From Chamaesiphon sp. (lineage in GTDB: Bacteria; Cyanobacteriota; Cyanobacteriia; Cyanobacteriales; Chamaesiphonaceae), in assembly GCA_965246715.1 (NCBI GenBank), contig CBDFFH010000021.1, positions 64,001 to 128,000 on the forward strand: a stretch of DNA of 64,000 nt, read 5' to 3'. The notes beneath the pieces are model-generated. The model had not been told where the DNA came from. It did not search any database and was given only the letters and a program-made list of their open reading frames with translations. Below, one piece after another: positions 1 through 10,320 of this stretch. The translations under genes were made by a program, and so were the position numbers. How positions within the stretch are numbered: position 1 is the first letter of the stretch; each line of letters begins with the position of its first letter.

Positions 1-1208
1 AGCTCGTTACCTCGATCGATCATCGCTACCTGTTCGATCGGGCCATCGAGCACCAATCGCTCGGCAATCCCCCCCACGCGCACCCCATAAACAGCACTGC
101 CGTTACTATAGATAATCTTTCCATCCATCCCGACATCAAACGCTAAAACTCCTTGCCCGATAACTTTTGGTTCTTGGTGCAGGCGTTGCTCGATCAATTC
201 CCAGGAACGGGGCACCAGTGCCGGCGAATCAGCATCCCCAAATCGTCGATTGCGATCGGCTTCCATCCCAACGTCTACCCATCGTCCCAATAACAACATT
301 TGACGATTGTTCGACCGTTGTACTGGGGCTGTTGCCAGCAAAGATTTACCTGTATAACGGCGGGTAAAGAAGTTGAGCCACCCAAACAATGCGGCAATTA
401 AGCGGACGGGAACGAACAGCATCTCTTTAAGCGTGTGCGATAAGCGTACGCGCTGACGCAAGGGACGGTAGGGACGGCGAATATAATACAAAGTACCGTC
501 TGCCGACATTTGGGGGCTGAGGAGGTCATATTTGGGGTCGCTAGCGAGCGTAATAACTTCCTGTTTATCGAAATCCAATTGTTCGATCGTCGAATGCTCT
601 TGTTCGATAATATAACCACCGCGATCGCGACTGATGCCAGCCGACTGAAACACGATCGCTTTGCGAGATCCAGGAATCCATTTAGGCGCGAGATCGATCG
701 CATCGCCTTCGGTTACTTCTTGAAGGTGGACGGCATCTACAGACATCATGGCAATATTTGCCAAGCCATCTTTGCGTACTACCGCACAGGCAATTAATTT
801 ATGCTCTGGATGAAAATCGACGCGATCGACTTTAAAATCAGCACTGTGAAATAATCTTTTTTCTTTGGGTTGTTGACGCTCGTTCGCCGAGATCGCTAAT
901 TGCTCTAATGTAAAGATGCCACCAATTTCGCCAGCTTCGAGCGTATAGATCAATCGATCGGCACTAGTCGGACAAACGCCTTGCACCGCAATCAGCACGC
1001 TCGATTCGGATGGAGACGTATCGCCAGACATTCCCGATGGCATAAAATTTGCCATCGTATTCTTTTGCTTCCAACTATTGCGTCGCTGCGTCTGCCATAC
1101 TCGTTGCTGTGCTGCTTGTCCAAACTCACTAGCGATGGCTCGGACGTTTGCCTGACCCAATTTGAGGTAGAGTCTACCTCCAGATAAGTATGCGAAATTA
1201 AAGCTCAT
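1..1208 (-). CDS. Hypothetical protein, TolB-like/beta-propeller-type, truncated by the window edge
   Basis: Manual translation from ATG at 1208 (MSFNFAYLSGGRLYLKLG...VTEGDAIDLAPKWIPG...YDLLSPQMSADGTLYYIRRPY...SPALVPRSWEL...GVLAFDV) is open to base 1. It is absent from the ORF track because no stop lies in the window. Confidence 0.7.
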   Translation of the reverse strand, partial: MSFNFAYLSGGRLYLKLGQANVRAIASEFGQAAQQRVWQTQRRNSWKQKNTMANFMPSGMSGDTSPSESSVLIAVQGVCPTSADRLIYTLEAGEIGGIFTLEQLAISANERQQPKEKRLFHSADFKVDRVDFHPEHKLIACAVVRKDGLANIAMMSVDAVHLQEVTEGDAIDLAPKWIPGSRKAIVFQSAGISRDRGGYIIEQEHSTIEQLDFDKQEVITLASDPKYDLLSPQMSADGTLYYIRRPYRPLRQRVRLSHTLKEMLFVPVRLIAALFGWLNFFTRRYTGKSLLATAPVQRSNNRQMLLLGRWVDVGMEADRNRRFGDADSPALVPRSWELIEQRLHQEPKVIGQGVLAFDVGMDGKIIYSNGSAVYGVRVGGIAERLVLDGPIEQVAMIDRGNE

Positions 1209-1459
1209 TGGACGGTTTTCGTTTAAGCGTTAGCTACGGGGCGATTTAGGGGCGGTAGGAGTACCTTCTATACTGTTCCCCAACAGCCGTCTAGAGATCG
1301 CATGTGGATAAAAGTTTCTCAAAGAAAATTGCGATTGTCCCTGATGTATGGGAAGTTGGCATAAAGAGACACATAAGTTATGACTACCCCAAGATCCCCT
1401 GACTTACGTCTGTAGGTAATTGATGTTTTTGTAATATATTTTGTTGTCAAAAGGATTTA

Positions 1460-2125
1460 TCAACTTACTGTATTTCTGGAAATTGACTTCCACCCTTTCT
1501 TCTCGATAACATCTTCTATCTCAGATTCCAAAGCTACAAAAGCAGGTAAAACTCGCAAAGAGCTAAAATCATCAATTAGTTCGGCAACACGATGTACACG
1601 TTCATGTACGGAAAACTTCCTAATTCTTCCTGCTGGAAGCTCACTAGCTTGGCGGAGAAGATTGTGTAAAACTTTTTTAGGATCGGGTTCACAATCTATT
1701 TGTTTGAGAATTGGTAATTGTAGATTAATTTTTCCATTGGGATTGGATGCAGCTTTACGCAAAGCAATAGTGTCAAACAGAAGCCATGCTTCTGTCATGT
1801 GAACTGGTACAACACAAACTGTTGGTACGGAAATGACATAACTAAGTTGAGAAAGGGTTGTCCGGATCTCATTGATACGAATCTCATGAGACTCTTTCTC
1901 AGCATCACGATGGATGAATAAAAGATCGCAAGGATATAATTCCAAGCTCAATTCAATTTCTTTTGCTAATGTATCTCTTTTCGATCTATTTATACCACGA
2001 AGATCTGCCTACTGATTTTGGATAGCACAATCACTAAGATGATTTCTCAATAGCCAGTCAATTATCGGAATCAGTGCTCTATCTGAGCTACCATCAGAGC
2101 GCAATGTGTAACGAAGTTCTCTCAT
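1460..2125 (-). pseudogene. DUF4276-like (TOPRIM-like) partner of the ABC ATPase, with a premature TAG at 2009-2011
   Basis: ATG at 2125, 2 nt after the ATPase stop, reads MRELRYTLRSDGSSDRALIPIIDWLLRNHLSDCAIQNQ*ADLRG..., in frame with track ORF 1460..1951 (FIHRDAE, VPVHMTEAWLL motifs). Confidence 0.7.
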
Positions 2126-2127
2126 AA

Positions 2128-3812
2128 TCAACTGACCGAGAAGCCAGGAATTAATAGTTGCAGATCTTTTCTGTCAACAACTCGATGTTTTTTGACTTTT
2201 GCAGGTTTTGACTCTCGATCGTCTGGGTCGTCATCGTTATATTCAGATTCCAAATCTTGATTAGGAACAGGATTGAGATATGCAAGCAGTTTGCCTCTAG
2301 AGATTACATTTGTATTGTTAGATTCTGGATCTTTAGTTTGTCGCCAAGTATCAGGTAGGTATCCAAAACAAACCCGTTTAAATCTTTTCCCATAACTCAC
2401 TGTTTCCTTCAATTCAGCTACTAACAGACTGTCATCAGGTATTTGTAAAACAACTGCTGGGGAATGCGTATTTATAATCACCTGTCTTAAAGGATTATCA
2501 AGTCCAATTTCCTCACTTGTATCAGCAGCAATATCTTGAAGAAGTTGAAGGATTTTTGGAATTCGCTCTGGATGAATTCCATTTTCTGGTTCTTCAAGAC
2601 ATAAAAGACCTTGTGCTTCTGGGTCTAATGCAAGAACTGCTAGTGCCAAAAAGCGCATAGTTCCATCTGAAAGTGCTTTAGCTGGATGTGATGTTCCGTC
2701 TCTACTTGTCACCATCAACGTAAGAAGCTCGCGCCGATTATCTCGATCGACCCATACTTTATCTACATCATCAATCAATGTTGCTAATCGGTTGGCAATC
2801 TCATAATAAATTGGGTTATCTACGTCATTGTCTGATTGTCCATTTTTGTATCTTTCTAGTCTCGCCAAGTGATAGAGAGTTGCAGCCAAGTGAGAGCCAT
2901 CTGTTTCTAATTTAGTAGGGGCAGTGAATTCATCAGGTTGCCTCAAGGAAGACGGCTCTAGTTGAAGCAATCGCCAGGATTGCATTTCTCTGCGAGCCAT
3001 TAAAGCTGTTGGGCTTTCAGCAGCATTAGTAACAGATAAAACTGTACGAGGAAGATTAATTGCAGATCTTGTGAGGGGTCTACCACTACTTCCACCATCC
3101 TGATGAAGTTTGATTACCCTACCTGTGCCTTCACCTTCTGTAGAAATAAAGAAAGGTACTCTTCGCTCGCCTTGTACTGCGGTCTTCCTCCAAGTTTTTG
3201 CAGCGTGAGGAAACAATAAATGTTTAGCTGCATCTTTCAAATTAATGTGAACCAATTCCTCTTTGAGAATTTCCAATACTCCCAAGGAACGAAGACTATC
3301 ATCAGCACGGTAAGTAAGGTCAACAGAATACCGCAAAAAAGTGATACTTGACTTTGCCTTTTGACCTAGATCGTCAATGCCCTCTCGGGATACAATCATT
3401 TCTGCTTCAAAAGATATTGTATCAGCGTAAGTATCACCTACTCTATGAAATAGACTTCTGGCGTTGCTGAATTAATGTATGAAACGCACAAACAATTTTT
3501 GTAGGGGTAATGCCTCGTGCTTACCCCGCATCGATTCAGGGTACCCACAAGGAGCACCCCTACAAAAAATCATACCCATATTCAGCAACGCCGAAATAGA
3601 CTTCTTATATCACCTGTTTTTCCTTCTTCATCTCGAACAGATAGGGCAGCCTCAACTAAAGGTAAACTAGCTAACGCACTGAGGAACCTAATTGCATCAA
3701 ATAGATTAGATTTACCTACCCCATTTGCACCAGCGATGCAGGTGAATGTTCCAAATCGAACATCTACATCCACAAGATTTTTAAAGCCAGAAATTTTTAA
3801 TCTAGTTAACAT
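2128..3812 (-). pseudogene. AAA_21/ABC-type ATPase interrupted by a MITE
   Basis: Walker A (GANGVGKSN) lies in 3582..3812; the signature (LSDGT), Walker B (LCLEEPENG) and H-loop (INTHSP) lie in 2128..3399. Removing 3460..3592 plus one TSD restores ...DIRSLFHRVGDTYADTISFEAEMIV... (512 aa). Confidence 0.9.
3460..3592. mobile_element. 133-bp MITE with TIR GGCGTTGCTGAAT, 13-bp TSD GAAATAGACTTCT and an internal GTAGGGG...CCCCTAC REP-like pair
   Basis: Perfect 13-bp TIRs; identical direct repeats at 3447-3459 and 3593-3605. Confidence 0.95.
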
Positions 3813-3889
3813 TGTAAGTCTTTACAAAATCTTAATTGGGGATAGGGAGCATTTTGGTATCAAAAGCACTCTCCAATGAAATATCTAAC

Positions 3890-5500
3890 TTATGCAGGTT
3901 GCTTCATCGATGCTTCGGCTTCTTCCATCTTGGTTTGAGCCGCATACAAGCGATTCAATGCGTTGATATAAGCCTGCGCCGAAGCGACGATAATATCTGT
4001 ATTTGCTGCATAACCAGAGTAAGTTCGATCGTTATACTTCAAGCGAATCGTTACTTCTCCGATCGCGTCGATTCCCGCTGTTACCGATTGTACCGAAAAT
4101 TCAATCAATTGATTTGGTACATCAACAACGCGATTGATTGCCTTGTAGATTGCATCTACAGGGCCAGTCCCGATCGCGGCATCGGTCAACTCTTCCCCAC
4201 CTGGCATCCCGATTGTCACAGTTGCTGTAGGTTGAGCGGGGTCGCCGCAGGAAACCTGAACTCGTTGTAACGTAAAGATTTCGGGAGCTTGTTTGATTTC
4301 ATCGTTAACGATCGCTTCTAAATCTCGATCGGTAATTTCTTTCTTCTTATCAGCAACATCTTTAAATCGCAAGAAGGCTTTATTCAAGTCATTCTCGGAT
4401 AAATCCATCCCCAATTCTACCAAGCGGGTACGGAAGGCATTGCGACCAGATAATTTACCTAAGACGATCGAATTATCTGTCAAGCCGATCGATTGTGCGT
4501 CCATGATTTCATAGGTCAGCTTGTTTTTTAACACGCCATCCTGATGGATTCCCGACTCATGTGCGAAGGCATTGGCACCGACGATCGCTTTATTAGGTTG
4601 AACCAGCATCCCAGTTAGGCTCGAAACCAAGCGAGAAGTCTTATAAATTTGGCGCGTATCGACTTGGGTTAGCGGCTCGATCGAATCTACCGGACGACCT
4701 AAAAATGGGTTGAAGTACTGACGGCGGACATGTAGAGCCATCACTAATTCTTCTAATGAAGCATTGCCAGCGCGTTCGCCGATGCCATTGATCGTACATT
4801 CCAATTGCCGCGCGCCATATTTGACTGCTTCTAAAAAGTTAGCCACAGCCAATCCCAGATCGTCGTGTCCATGAACGGAAATAATCGCTCGATCGATATT
4901 TGGGACGTTTGCTTTAATCCCTTTAATTAACGCACCAAATTCCGATGGTGTTGTATAACCCACCGTATCGGGAATATTCACCGTCGTTGCACCATTGGCG
5001 ATCGCGCGTTCTAATACTTCATACAAAAAATCTGGATCGCTCCGTCCGGCATCTTCCGGCGAAAACTCCACATCATCGACGAAAGTTTTCGCATAAGCGA
5101 CCATCTCACCAGCAATTTGCAAGACTTCTTTACGCGTCTTTTTTAGTTTGTATTCTAAATGAATATCCGATGTAGCGATAAAGGTATGAATCCGGTGTTT
5201 GGCAGCAGGTTTTAAGGCTTCGGCGGCTGCTTTGATATCTTTTTCGCTCGCGCGTGCCAATCCGCAAATAATCGGGCCAGAAGGTTTGCCTACTTTATCG
5301 GCGATCTGTTGGACTGCATCGAAATCGCCACGACTGGAGTAGGGAAAACCAGCTTCGATCACATCTACACCCAATCGCGCTAATTGTCTGGCGATCGTCA
5401 GTTTTTCATCAACATTTAACGTCGCACCTGGAGATTGTTCGCCATCGCGTAAGGTGGTATCGAAAATAATTACGCGGTCGTTATTTACTGAATCGCTCAT
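3890..5500 (-). CDS. leuA: 2-isopropylmalate synthase
   Basis: [24 protein letters not shown] and HESGIHQDG motifs plus the C-terminal regulatory domain. Confidence 0.97.
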   Translation of the reverse strand: MSDSVNNDRVIIFDTTLRDGEQSPGATLNVDEKLTIARQLARLGVDVIEAGFPYSSRGDFDAVQQIADKVGKPSGPIICGLARASEKDIKAAAEALKPAAKHRIHTFIATSDIHLEYKLKKTRKEVLQIAGEMVAYAKTFVDDVEFSPEDAGRSDPDFLYEVLERAIANGATTVNIPDTVGYTTPSEFGALIKGIKANVPNIDRAIISVHGHDDLGLAVANFLEAVKYGARQLECTINGIGERAGNASLEELVMALHVRRQYFNPFLGRPVDSIEPLTQVDTRQIYKTSRLVSSLTGMLVQPNKAIVGANAFAHESGIHQDGVLKNKLTYEIMDAQSIGLTDNSIVLGKLSGRNAFRTRLVELGMDLSENDLNKAFLRFKDVADKKKEITDRDLEAIVNDEIKQAPEIFTLQRVQVSCGDPAQPTATVTIGMPGGEELTDAAIGTGPVDAIYKAINRVVDVPNQLIEFSVQSVTAGIDAIGEVTIRLKYNDRTYSGYAANTDIIVASAQAYINALNRLYAAQTKMEEAEASMKQPA

Positions 5501-5817
5501 GATCTGGTTCCTAGTTTAACTATTAAAACTTTGCTGTTGAGTCGCGCGTGAGTTTTTCGGTGACAAACGTTGAATTCTCAAGGATTTCAATCGATCGCCA
5601 CCTATTTAAGCATGAGGGACTGCAATAAACTCACAGATTTAATCGTTAATAGTTGCCAAAACACCTTGCTTTCCTCCAAGCTATGGAATCTCCTTATTCA
5701 ATTTTATCACAAAGATCGCGGTAACGAGCGAGCCTGGATCTAGCCAGAATCTTTCAGACGCGATCGCGAGCGGCATTGCTGCATCGACCGACTGTTCCAT
5801 CCCAATGGCCTATAAAA

Positions 5818-6141
5818 ATGAAAAAATATTACAAATTGAGTTCAACCGATTTTCAATTCGCTACAGATGAAGAATCTCTTGCATATCTTCAGGAGATCGT
5901 GGAGTCTATGGTGCAGCTTTTTAGTGTGAAACCTGAAAACTGTATCGAGTGCATTAATCAAGCATGGTCACATATGCCAATGGTTGGTGATGATTTAGTA
6001 TACCGAGAGTCTCCAAATTACTGGGCAAACCATTTTATGTTTGGCCGGGATTCCTATTGGTGGGTTCAGAATCGCGAACGTCTTGAACCGCTGCAACCAC
6101 TACCTTATTGGTCTGACAAAATTGGTGATGACAAAGATTGA
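5818..6141 (+). CDS. Hypothetical protein (possible orphan immunity-type protein)
   Basis: AT-rich ORF; ATG at 5818 preferred over TTG at 5776; acidic, aromatic-rich 107 aa. Confidence 0.55.
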   Translation: MKKYYKLSSTDFQFATDEESLAYLQEIVESMVQLFSVKPENCIECINQAWSHMPMVGDDLVYRESPNYWANHFMFGRDSYWWVQNRERLEPLQPLPYWSDKIGDDKD

Positions 6142-6211
6142 AGCCGGAGCAGTTGAACTTTTGATGATATGATAACCAACACTCAATAATTCAAGTAGTG
6201 TATTCGTTTTC

Positions 6212-6589
6212 ATGCCGACAAATGATTCTGAACTGCAAGCTCAAGCTAGAAGAATTCTGGATGCGATCGCTTTCATGCCCTTTGAGCAATGCCAATCTCT
6301 GAGCCGTGGATTTGAAAGCATTCCCGCTCGTCCTGGCATATATGCAGTTAGACATAGAACGGATGGACTGCTTTATATTGGTAAAACTAAAAGTTTGCGA
6401 GGACGCTTCAGTGGTGGTCATAAAGCTTTTTTGTGGGCATGGCTCGATAAATATAACGATGAAGACGTGCGGATTGCGGTACAACTCATTTCACACTGGG
6501 AAAATCCTGCGCTACTATTGGAATTAGAATCGATTGTCCTAAGAGCGACAGAGCCACCATACAACGTTCAAATTCCAGCAGAGATGTAA
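6212..6589 (+). CDS. GIY-YIG nuclease family protein
   Basis: PGIYAV...LYIGKT..LRGRF, conserved Glu (LELE) and terminal PPYN. Confidence 0.88.
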   Translation: MPTNDSELQAQARRILDAIAFMPFEQCQSLSRGFESIPARPGIYAVRHRTDGLLYIGKTKSLRGRFSGGHKAFLWAWLDKYNDEDVRIAVQLISHWENPALLLELESIVLRATEPPYNVQIPAEM

Positions 6590-6593
6590 AGTT

Positions 6594-6800
6594 ATGCAAA
6601 CCCAACTTCACGAACAACTCTCTCGCTCTGATACTGAAGTCATTCTGTTACATTTGCCCGAACGGATTCGTACCGCTCTGATCGCTCGTGCGACCGAAAT
6701 TGACTACCCGATCGAAGCAGTTGTTGAGATGGCGATCGCTAGTTTTCTCGATACTGATGCTTTGGGTTTTGCTGATTGTAAACCGGGGCGTGGACAGTAA
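6594..6800 (+). CDS. Small hypothetical protein (ribbon-helix-helix-like)
   Basis: Starts 4 nt after the GIY-YIG stop; pattern ILLHLPERIRTALIARA...IEAVVEMAIASFL. Confidence 0.65.
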   Translation: MQTQLHEQLSRSDTEVILLHLPERIRTALIARATEIDYPIEAVVEMAIASFLDTDALGFADCKPGRGQ

Positions 6801-7118
6801 AATTTTAGGCGATCGGTAGGACTGGCTTGAGTATAAAAATATTTCGATCGATAGCGATCTACATCCGGTTTACCTCACCAGATCGATCGCCATCGCTAAA
6901 AAATTAGATATTTCTATAACGAATCGACTTTTTCAATCCGATCGCGAATATCGTTGAGATCGATATACCGATCGGTGACATTTCGCAGCTCTCTGGCAAT
7001 CGTGCCTTCCATCGAGATAACGGTAATGTGGGTATTTTTCGATCGCAGTAACTCGATCGACTATGTGAATTCATATGTAAATAGTTAGTTTGGGAAATAT
7101 CGATCGCGCATTATTCAT

Positions 7119-7160
7119 TAAAAATACCTGGGAGCCAACACTCCCAGGTATTTTAATTTT
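7119..7160. terminator. Hairpin terminator downstream of lexA (bidirectional type)
   Basis: AAAATACCTGGGAG-loop-CTCCCAGGTATTTT with A/T tracts on both sides. Confidence 0.75.
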
Positions 7161-7220
7161 CGAGATAGAGATACCGATCGCTTTCTAGCCACTAGTCACT
7201 AGTCACTAGCCACTCTCATG

Positions 7221-7835
7221 CTACCTTTTCGTTGACATATAACCGCGCCAAACACCAACTAATACACCTTGTAATCGAACGCGATCGGCTTGAGCTTCGA
7301 TCGGTTTGTACTGGGGGTTGGCTGGTTGCAGAGTAATCGTCTCACCTTGACGATGATAATGTTTGAGCGTGGTGCCTTGCCCTTCCACTTGTGCGGCAAC
7401 GATCGTTCCGTTTTTGACCTCAGCGGAGTTCTTAACGGGCTGCATGATAGCCATATCGCCTTCAACGATCGAATCTCCAATCATGCTATCGCCCATCACT
7501 TGGAGGGCAAAATAATCGGACTGGTGAAAAAATGGCGCTAAATCTAATTTATCCAGCGTGTCGGTAAACGGTTCGACTAATCCACCTGCGGCAATCGTCC
7601 CAAAAATTGGTACGCCACTAGCTGCATATTTGAGGATTTTAATCGTCCGCGCTTTGCCTTCCGCCCATTCAATAAACCCTTTATTTCGCAGATGTTCCAA
7701 TCGACTTTGGATCGGTGCGGGCGATTTGAGGTTCATTGCTTGCATCATCTGCCGGATCGATGGCGCGTGTTGATTGTCACGGATATAGTCTACAAGCCAA
7801 TCATAGAGTTCCTGTTGGGCTTTAGTTAGTTCCAT
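7221..7835 (-). CDS. lexA: LexA repressor
   Basis: N-terminal winged HTH (PSIRQMMQAMNLKSPAPIQSRL), Ala-Gly site (IAAG), catalytic Ser (GDSM) and Lys (TLK). Confidence 0.96.
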   Translation of the reverse strand: MELTKAQQELYDWLVDYIRDNQHAPSIRQMMQAMNLKSPAPIQSRLEHLRNKGFIEWAEGKARTIKILKYAASGVPIFGTIAAGGLVEPFTDTLDKLDLAPFFHQSDYFALQVMGDSMIGDSIVEGDMAIMQPVKNSAEVKNGTIVAAQVEGQGTTLKHYHRQGETITLQPANPQYKPIEAQADRVRLQGVLVGVWRGYMSTKR

Positions 7836-7980
7836 AAATCAATTTTCTAGAAGTCAATATATATCTACTATAGGTCTGTCGTACTATTTTAGTCCAGTAT
7901 TTTTTAGTATTTATTTTCTAATCGTTGGTTAAGAATGGTTGGTAAAAAATTAGCTAACCAAGCCTCATTCACAATCGATC

Positions 7981-8043
7981 TTTGCAGAAATTAAGGGGTA
8001 GGGGCAACTCATGAGTTATCCCTACCCTTAATTTCTGCAACGC
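7981..8043. mobile_element. Palindromic mini-element: TTGCAGAAATTAAGGG arms around REP GTAGGGGCAACTCATGAGTTATCCCTAC, with a 12-bp flanking direct repeat
   Basis: TCACAATCGATC at 7969-7980 and 8044-8055; right end ...TTCTGCAACGC resembles the 3460 element TIR. Confidence 0.75.
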
Positions 8044-8105
8044 TCACAATCGATCGGGTGTTGCGATTGAATATCGGTAGTGCTAAGGATTAGAGCGAGT
8101 TAAGA

Positions 8106-8954
8106 CTATTCCGGAGCCACTTCCCCGCTAAACACCAACTCAGCAGGGCCAGTCATGTAGACACGATTATCTTCCTGAGACCATTCAATTTGGAGACAAC
8201 CACCCGGCAATTCTACCGTACAGCGGCGATCGCACTTATCGGTCAATACTCCAGCAACTACCGTCGCACAAGCACCAGTCCCGCAGGCTAAAGTAATGCC
8301 AGCACCGCGCTCCCAGACACGCATTCTCACGTAATCAGGACGAATGACTTGAACGAATTCGGTATTAATCCGCTGGGGGAAAACTGAATGATGCTCGAAT
8401 TTTGGCCCCAAAGTTTCCAGGGGAATTGCCTGTGCATCATCCACAAATGTGATGCAGTGCGGATTGCCCATATTCACACAAGTAACTGTCCATGCTCTAC
8501 CATCGACTTCGATCGATCGATCGATTATTTTATCATCTGCTTTACCGAGCGTTGTCGGGATTGCGGCAGCAGTCAAGCGGGGTTCGCCCATATCCACCTG
8601 TACCTGTCCTTCGGGCAGGACTTCGGGTACCATTATTCCGCCGAGCGTATGAATTTGATAGGTAACGGCGAGATCGGTTTTCCCTTCCAAATCGGCGATA
8701 AATTTTGCCATGCACCGAATCCCATTGCCGCACATTTCTGGCTCGGAACCATCCGAGTTGAAAATCCGCATCGTGTAGTCGCTACCATTTTGCCCTGGCA
8801 ATACGAAGATCACCCCATCAGCCCCGATCCCAAAATGGCGATCGCACCAGATAATTGCCTCTTCAGGCTCGATTACCGGAGTATCGCTGCTACGATTATC
8901 GATCAGGATAAAATCGTTGCCTAAGCCTTGATATTTGCTAAATGGGATGGTCAT
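8106..8954 (-). CDS. dapF: Diaminopimelate epimerase
   Basis: [20 protein letters not shown] and [13 protein letters not shown] motifs. True start is MTIPFSK at 8954; the track extension to 9149 overlaps another gene. Confidence 0.96.
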   Translation of the reverse strand: MTIPFSKYQGLGNDFILIDNRSSDTPVIEPEEAIIWCDRHFGIGADGVIFVLPGQNGSDYTMRIFNSDGSEPEMCGNGIRCMAKFIADLEGKTDLAVTYQIHTLGGIMVPEVLPEGQVQVDMGEPRLTAAAIPTTLGKADDKIIDRSIEVDGRAWTVTCVNMGNPHCITFVDDAQAIPLETLGPKFEHHSVFPQRINTEFVQVIRPDYVRMRVWERGAGITLACGTGACATVVAGVLTDKCDRRCTVELPGGCLQIEWSQEDNRVYMTGPAELVFSGEVAPE

Positions 8955-8998
8955 TCGATTTTGGATTTTGGGGGTTGGATTTTGGATCGACGGCAACA

Positions 8999-9166
8999 TC
9001 AGCCAAATTGTTGTTTGGCTTGTTCGTAAATCTCCATAGTAATTTCGGTAACGCCGCGTTCTTGGGCGAACTTTTCGATCTTTTTTCGTGCCGCAGGACG
9101 CACAAAGAAGGGAATCTCCTTGAGCTTTGCTTCTGCTTCGGTCGTCCAAGCGACGTTAACACTCAT
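8999..9166 (-). CDS. PCP reductase (PCP_red, ChlB C-terminal-like) small protein, 55 aa
   Basis: Manual translation [55 protein letters not shown]; below the track length cutoff. Confidence 0.85.
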   Translation of the reverse strand: MSVNVAWTTEAEAKLKEIPFFVRPAARKKIEKFAQERGVTEITMEIYEQAKQQFG

Positions 9167-9223
9167 GGGTGTAGTGGAGTAAAGGGATCTGGACTAAATG
9201 CGTAATCGATCGCCAGTAACCGC

Positions 9224-9508
9224 TTACAATGTGTTGCGGCGATTATCGAGATTTGGCAATGGCGCGCGATCGGAAGATGGCAAATATAATTGTTTGGATT
9301 TGCGATCTGCTGCGGATTCAGCTTGCTGAATGCACCACCAACGATAGCCGATCGCGGCACCAGAAGTCAAAAATCCCAAGATCGTCAATGTGCCGATCGC
9401 ATTTACGCCACCGAGAACGGCATCGACGGCACCGACGATGATGATAAAGCTGGAGATTGGTTCTTTACGGTAAAGTCTTTTCAAGAAGGTAGGAAAGATC
9501 GCGTTCAT
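9224..9508 (-). CDS. Conserved cyanobacterial small membrane protein
   Basis: RKEPISSFIIIVGAVDAVLGG followed by a second hydrophobic segment. Confidence 0.75.
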   Translation of the reverse strand: MNAIFPTFLKRLYRKEPISSFIIIVGAVDAVLGGVNAIGTLTILGFLTSGAAIGYRWWCIQQAESAADRKSKQLYLPSSDRAPLPNLDNRRNTL

Positions 9509-9704
9509 TTAGTGGTGGTTTCGCTAGGATCTCGATCGTGCGGCTTCGAGGCGCAATCGATCTATTCCTATTCTACAATCTCAGTCTAGGGGGTCGGTCG
9601 ATTAGCACGAACGATTGGGGCAATATACGTAGATCGGTCACTACTACTGTGCCCAAATTTGGACATTGAATCTCAATCTACGCGCGGACGCGGCCAGCTC
9701 TAGC

Positions 9705-9881
9705 CTAATGGATCGACAATCCCAGCCAAGCAAGAGGGTTTTGATCTGTAAAATATTCGATCGCCAGCAGTGATGCAAAGCCAATCATGGCTGCACGACC
9801 ATTTAATTTCTCGGCAAAGCGGTTGAACCCAAATCTGGTGACGACTAATTTGGGTTGGACGGTAGGCTGTGGTGTAACCAT
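9705..9881 (-). CDS. hli: High-light-inducible protein (Hlip/SCP), 58 aa
   Basis: Manual translation MVTPQPTVQPKLVVTRFGFNRFAEKLNGRAAMIGFASLLAIEYFTDQNPLAWLGLSIH*; ExxNGRxAMIG chlorophyll-binding motif. Confidence 0.92.
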   Translation of the reverse strand: MVTPQPTVQPKLVVTRFGFNRFAEKLNGRAAMIGFASLLAIEYFTDQNPLAWLGLSIH

Positions 9882-10060
9882 GATTGAGAGTATTGCGATT
9901 TGTAAACTCAGCTATTTTCTATTCTACGGCTGTTTGGTACGATCGGCTAGCGATCGACCGATCGAGCCAGCTGTTGCTAAGCTCTGCCCATAAATTCATA
10001 GATCCAATACTATCAGCGGTTAGAAACCGTTGAGAGGGTGTCTTAAAAGCGTAGATCTAA

Positions 10061-10293
10061 ATCCCCCCAACCCCCTTAAAAAGAGCAGGGTGGTTTCATA
10101 CACCGAAAGAAAAATCGCTCAGTCCACTGCAGTGGACTTTTGCTCTTAGCCCGAAATTCATTTCAGGGCGGTTGAAGACTGAGCACCAAGGTTCTTGCAT
10201 TTTTATTTTCTTGTATGAAACCACCCTGCCAACCCCCTTAAAAAGGGGGAGAAAGAGTCAAAGTCCCCCTTTTTAAGGGGGATTTAGGGGGAT
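10061..10293. repeat. Cyanobacterial CCCCCTTAAAAAGGGGG palindromic repeat, split by a MITE
   Basis: ATCCCCCCAACCCCCTTAAAAAG...CCCCCTTTTTAAGGGGGATTTAGGGGGAT. Confidence 0.75.
10085..10229. mobile_element. MITE with 18-bp TIR GCAGGGTGGTTTCATACA and a long flanking duplication
   Basis: TIRs at both ends; CAACCCCCTTAAAAAG at 10068-10083 and 10230-10245. Confidence 0.85.
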
Positions 10294-10320
10294 TGACATT
10301 GGGTTAGGTAGCAACTTAGG

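Noticed and set aside
2009..2011. Stop-codon readthrough or recoding of the in-frame TAG
   Set aside because: TAG terminates many genes in this window and the partner ATPase is also broken, so a nonsense mutation is simpler.
7880..7920. LexA boxes upstream of lexA (and near recQ at about 22038-22058)
   Set aside because: Only partial matches to RGTACNNNDGTWCB (several mismatches or wrong spacing).
8955..9149. N-terminal extension of dapF in the ORF track
   Set aside because: It overlaps the PCP_red gene in another frame and a heptamer repeat; DapF homology begins at MTIPFSK (8954).
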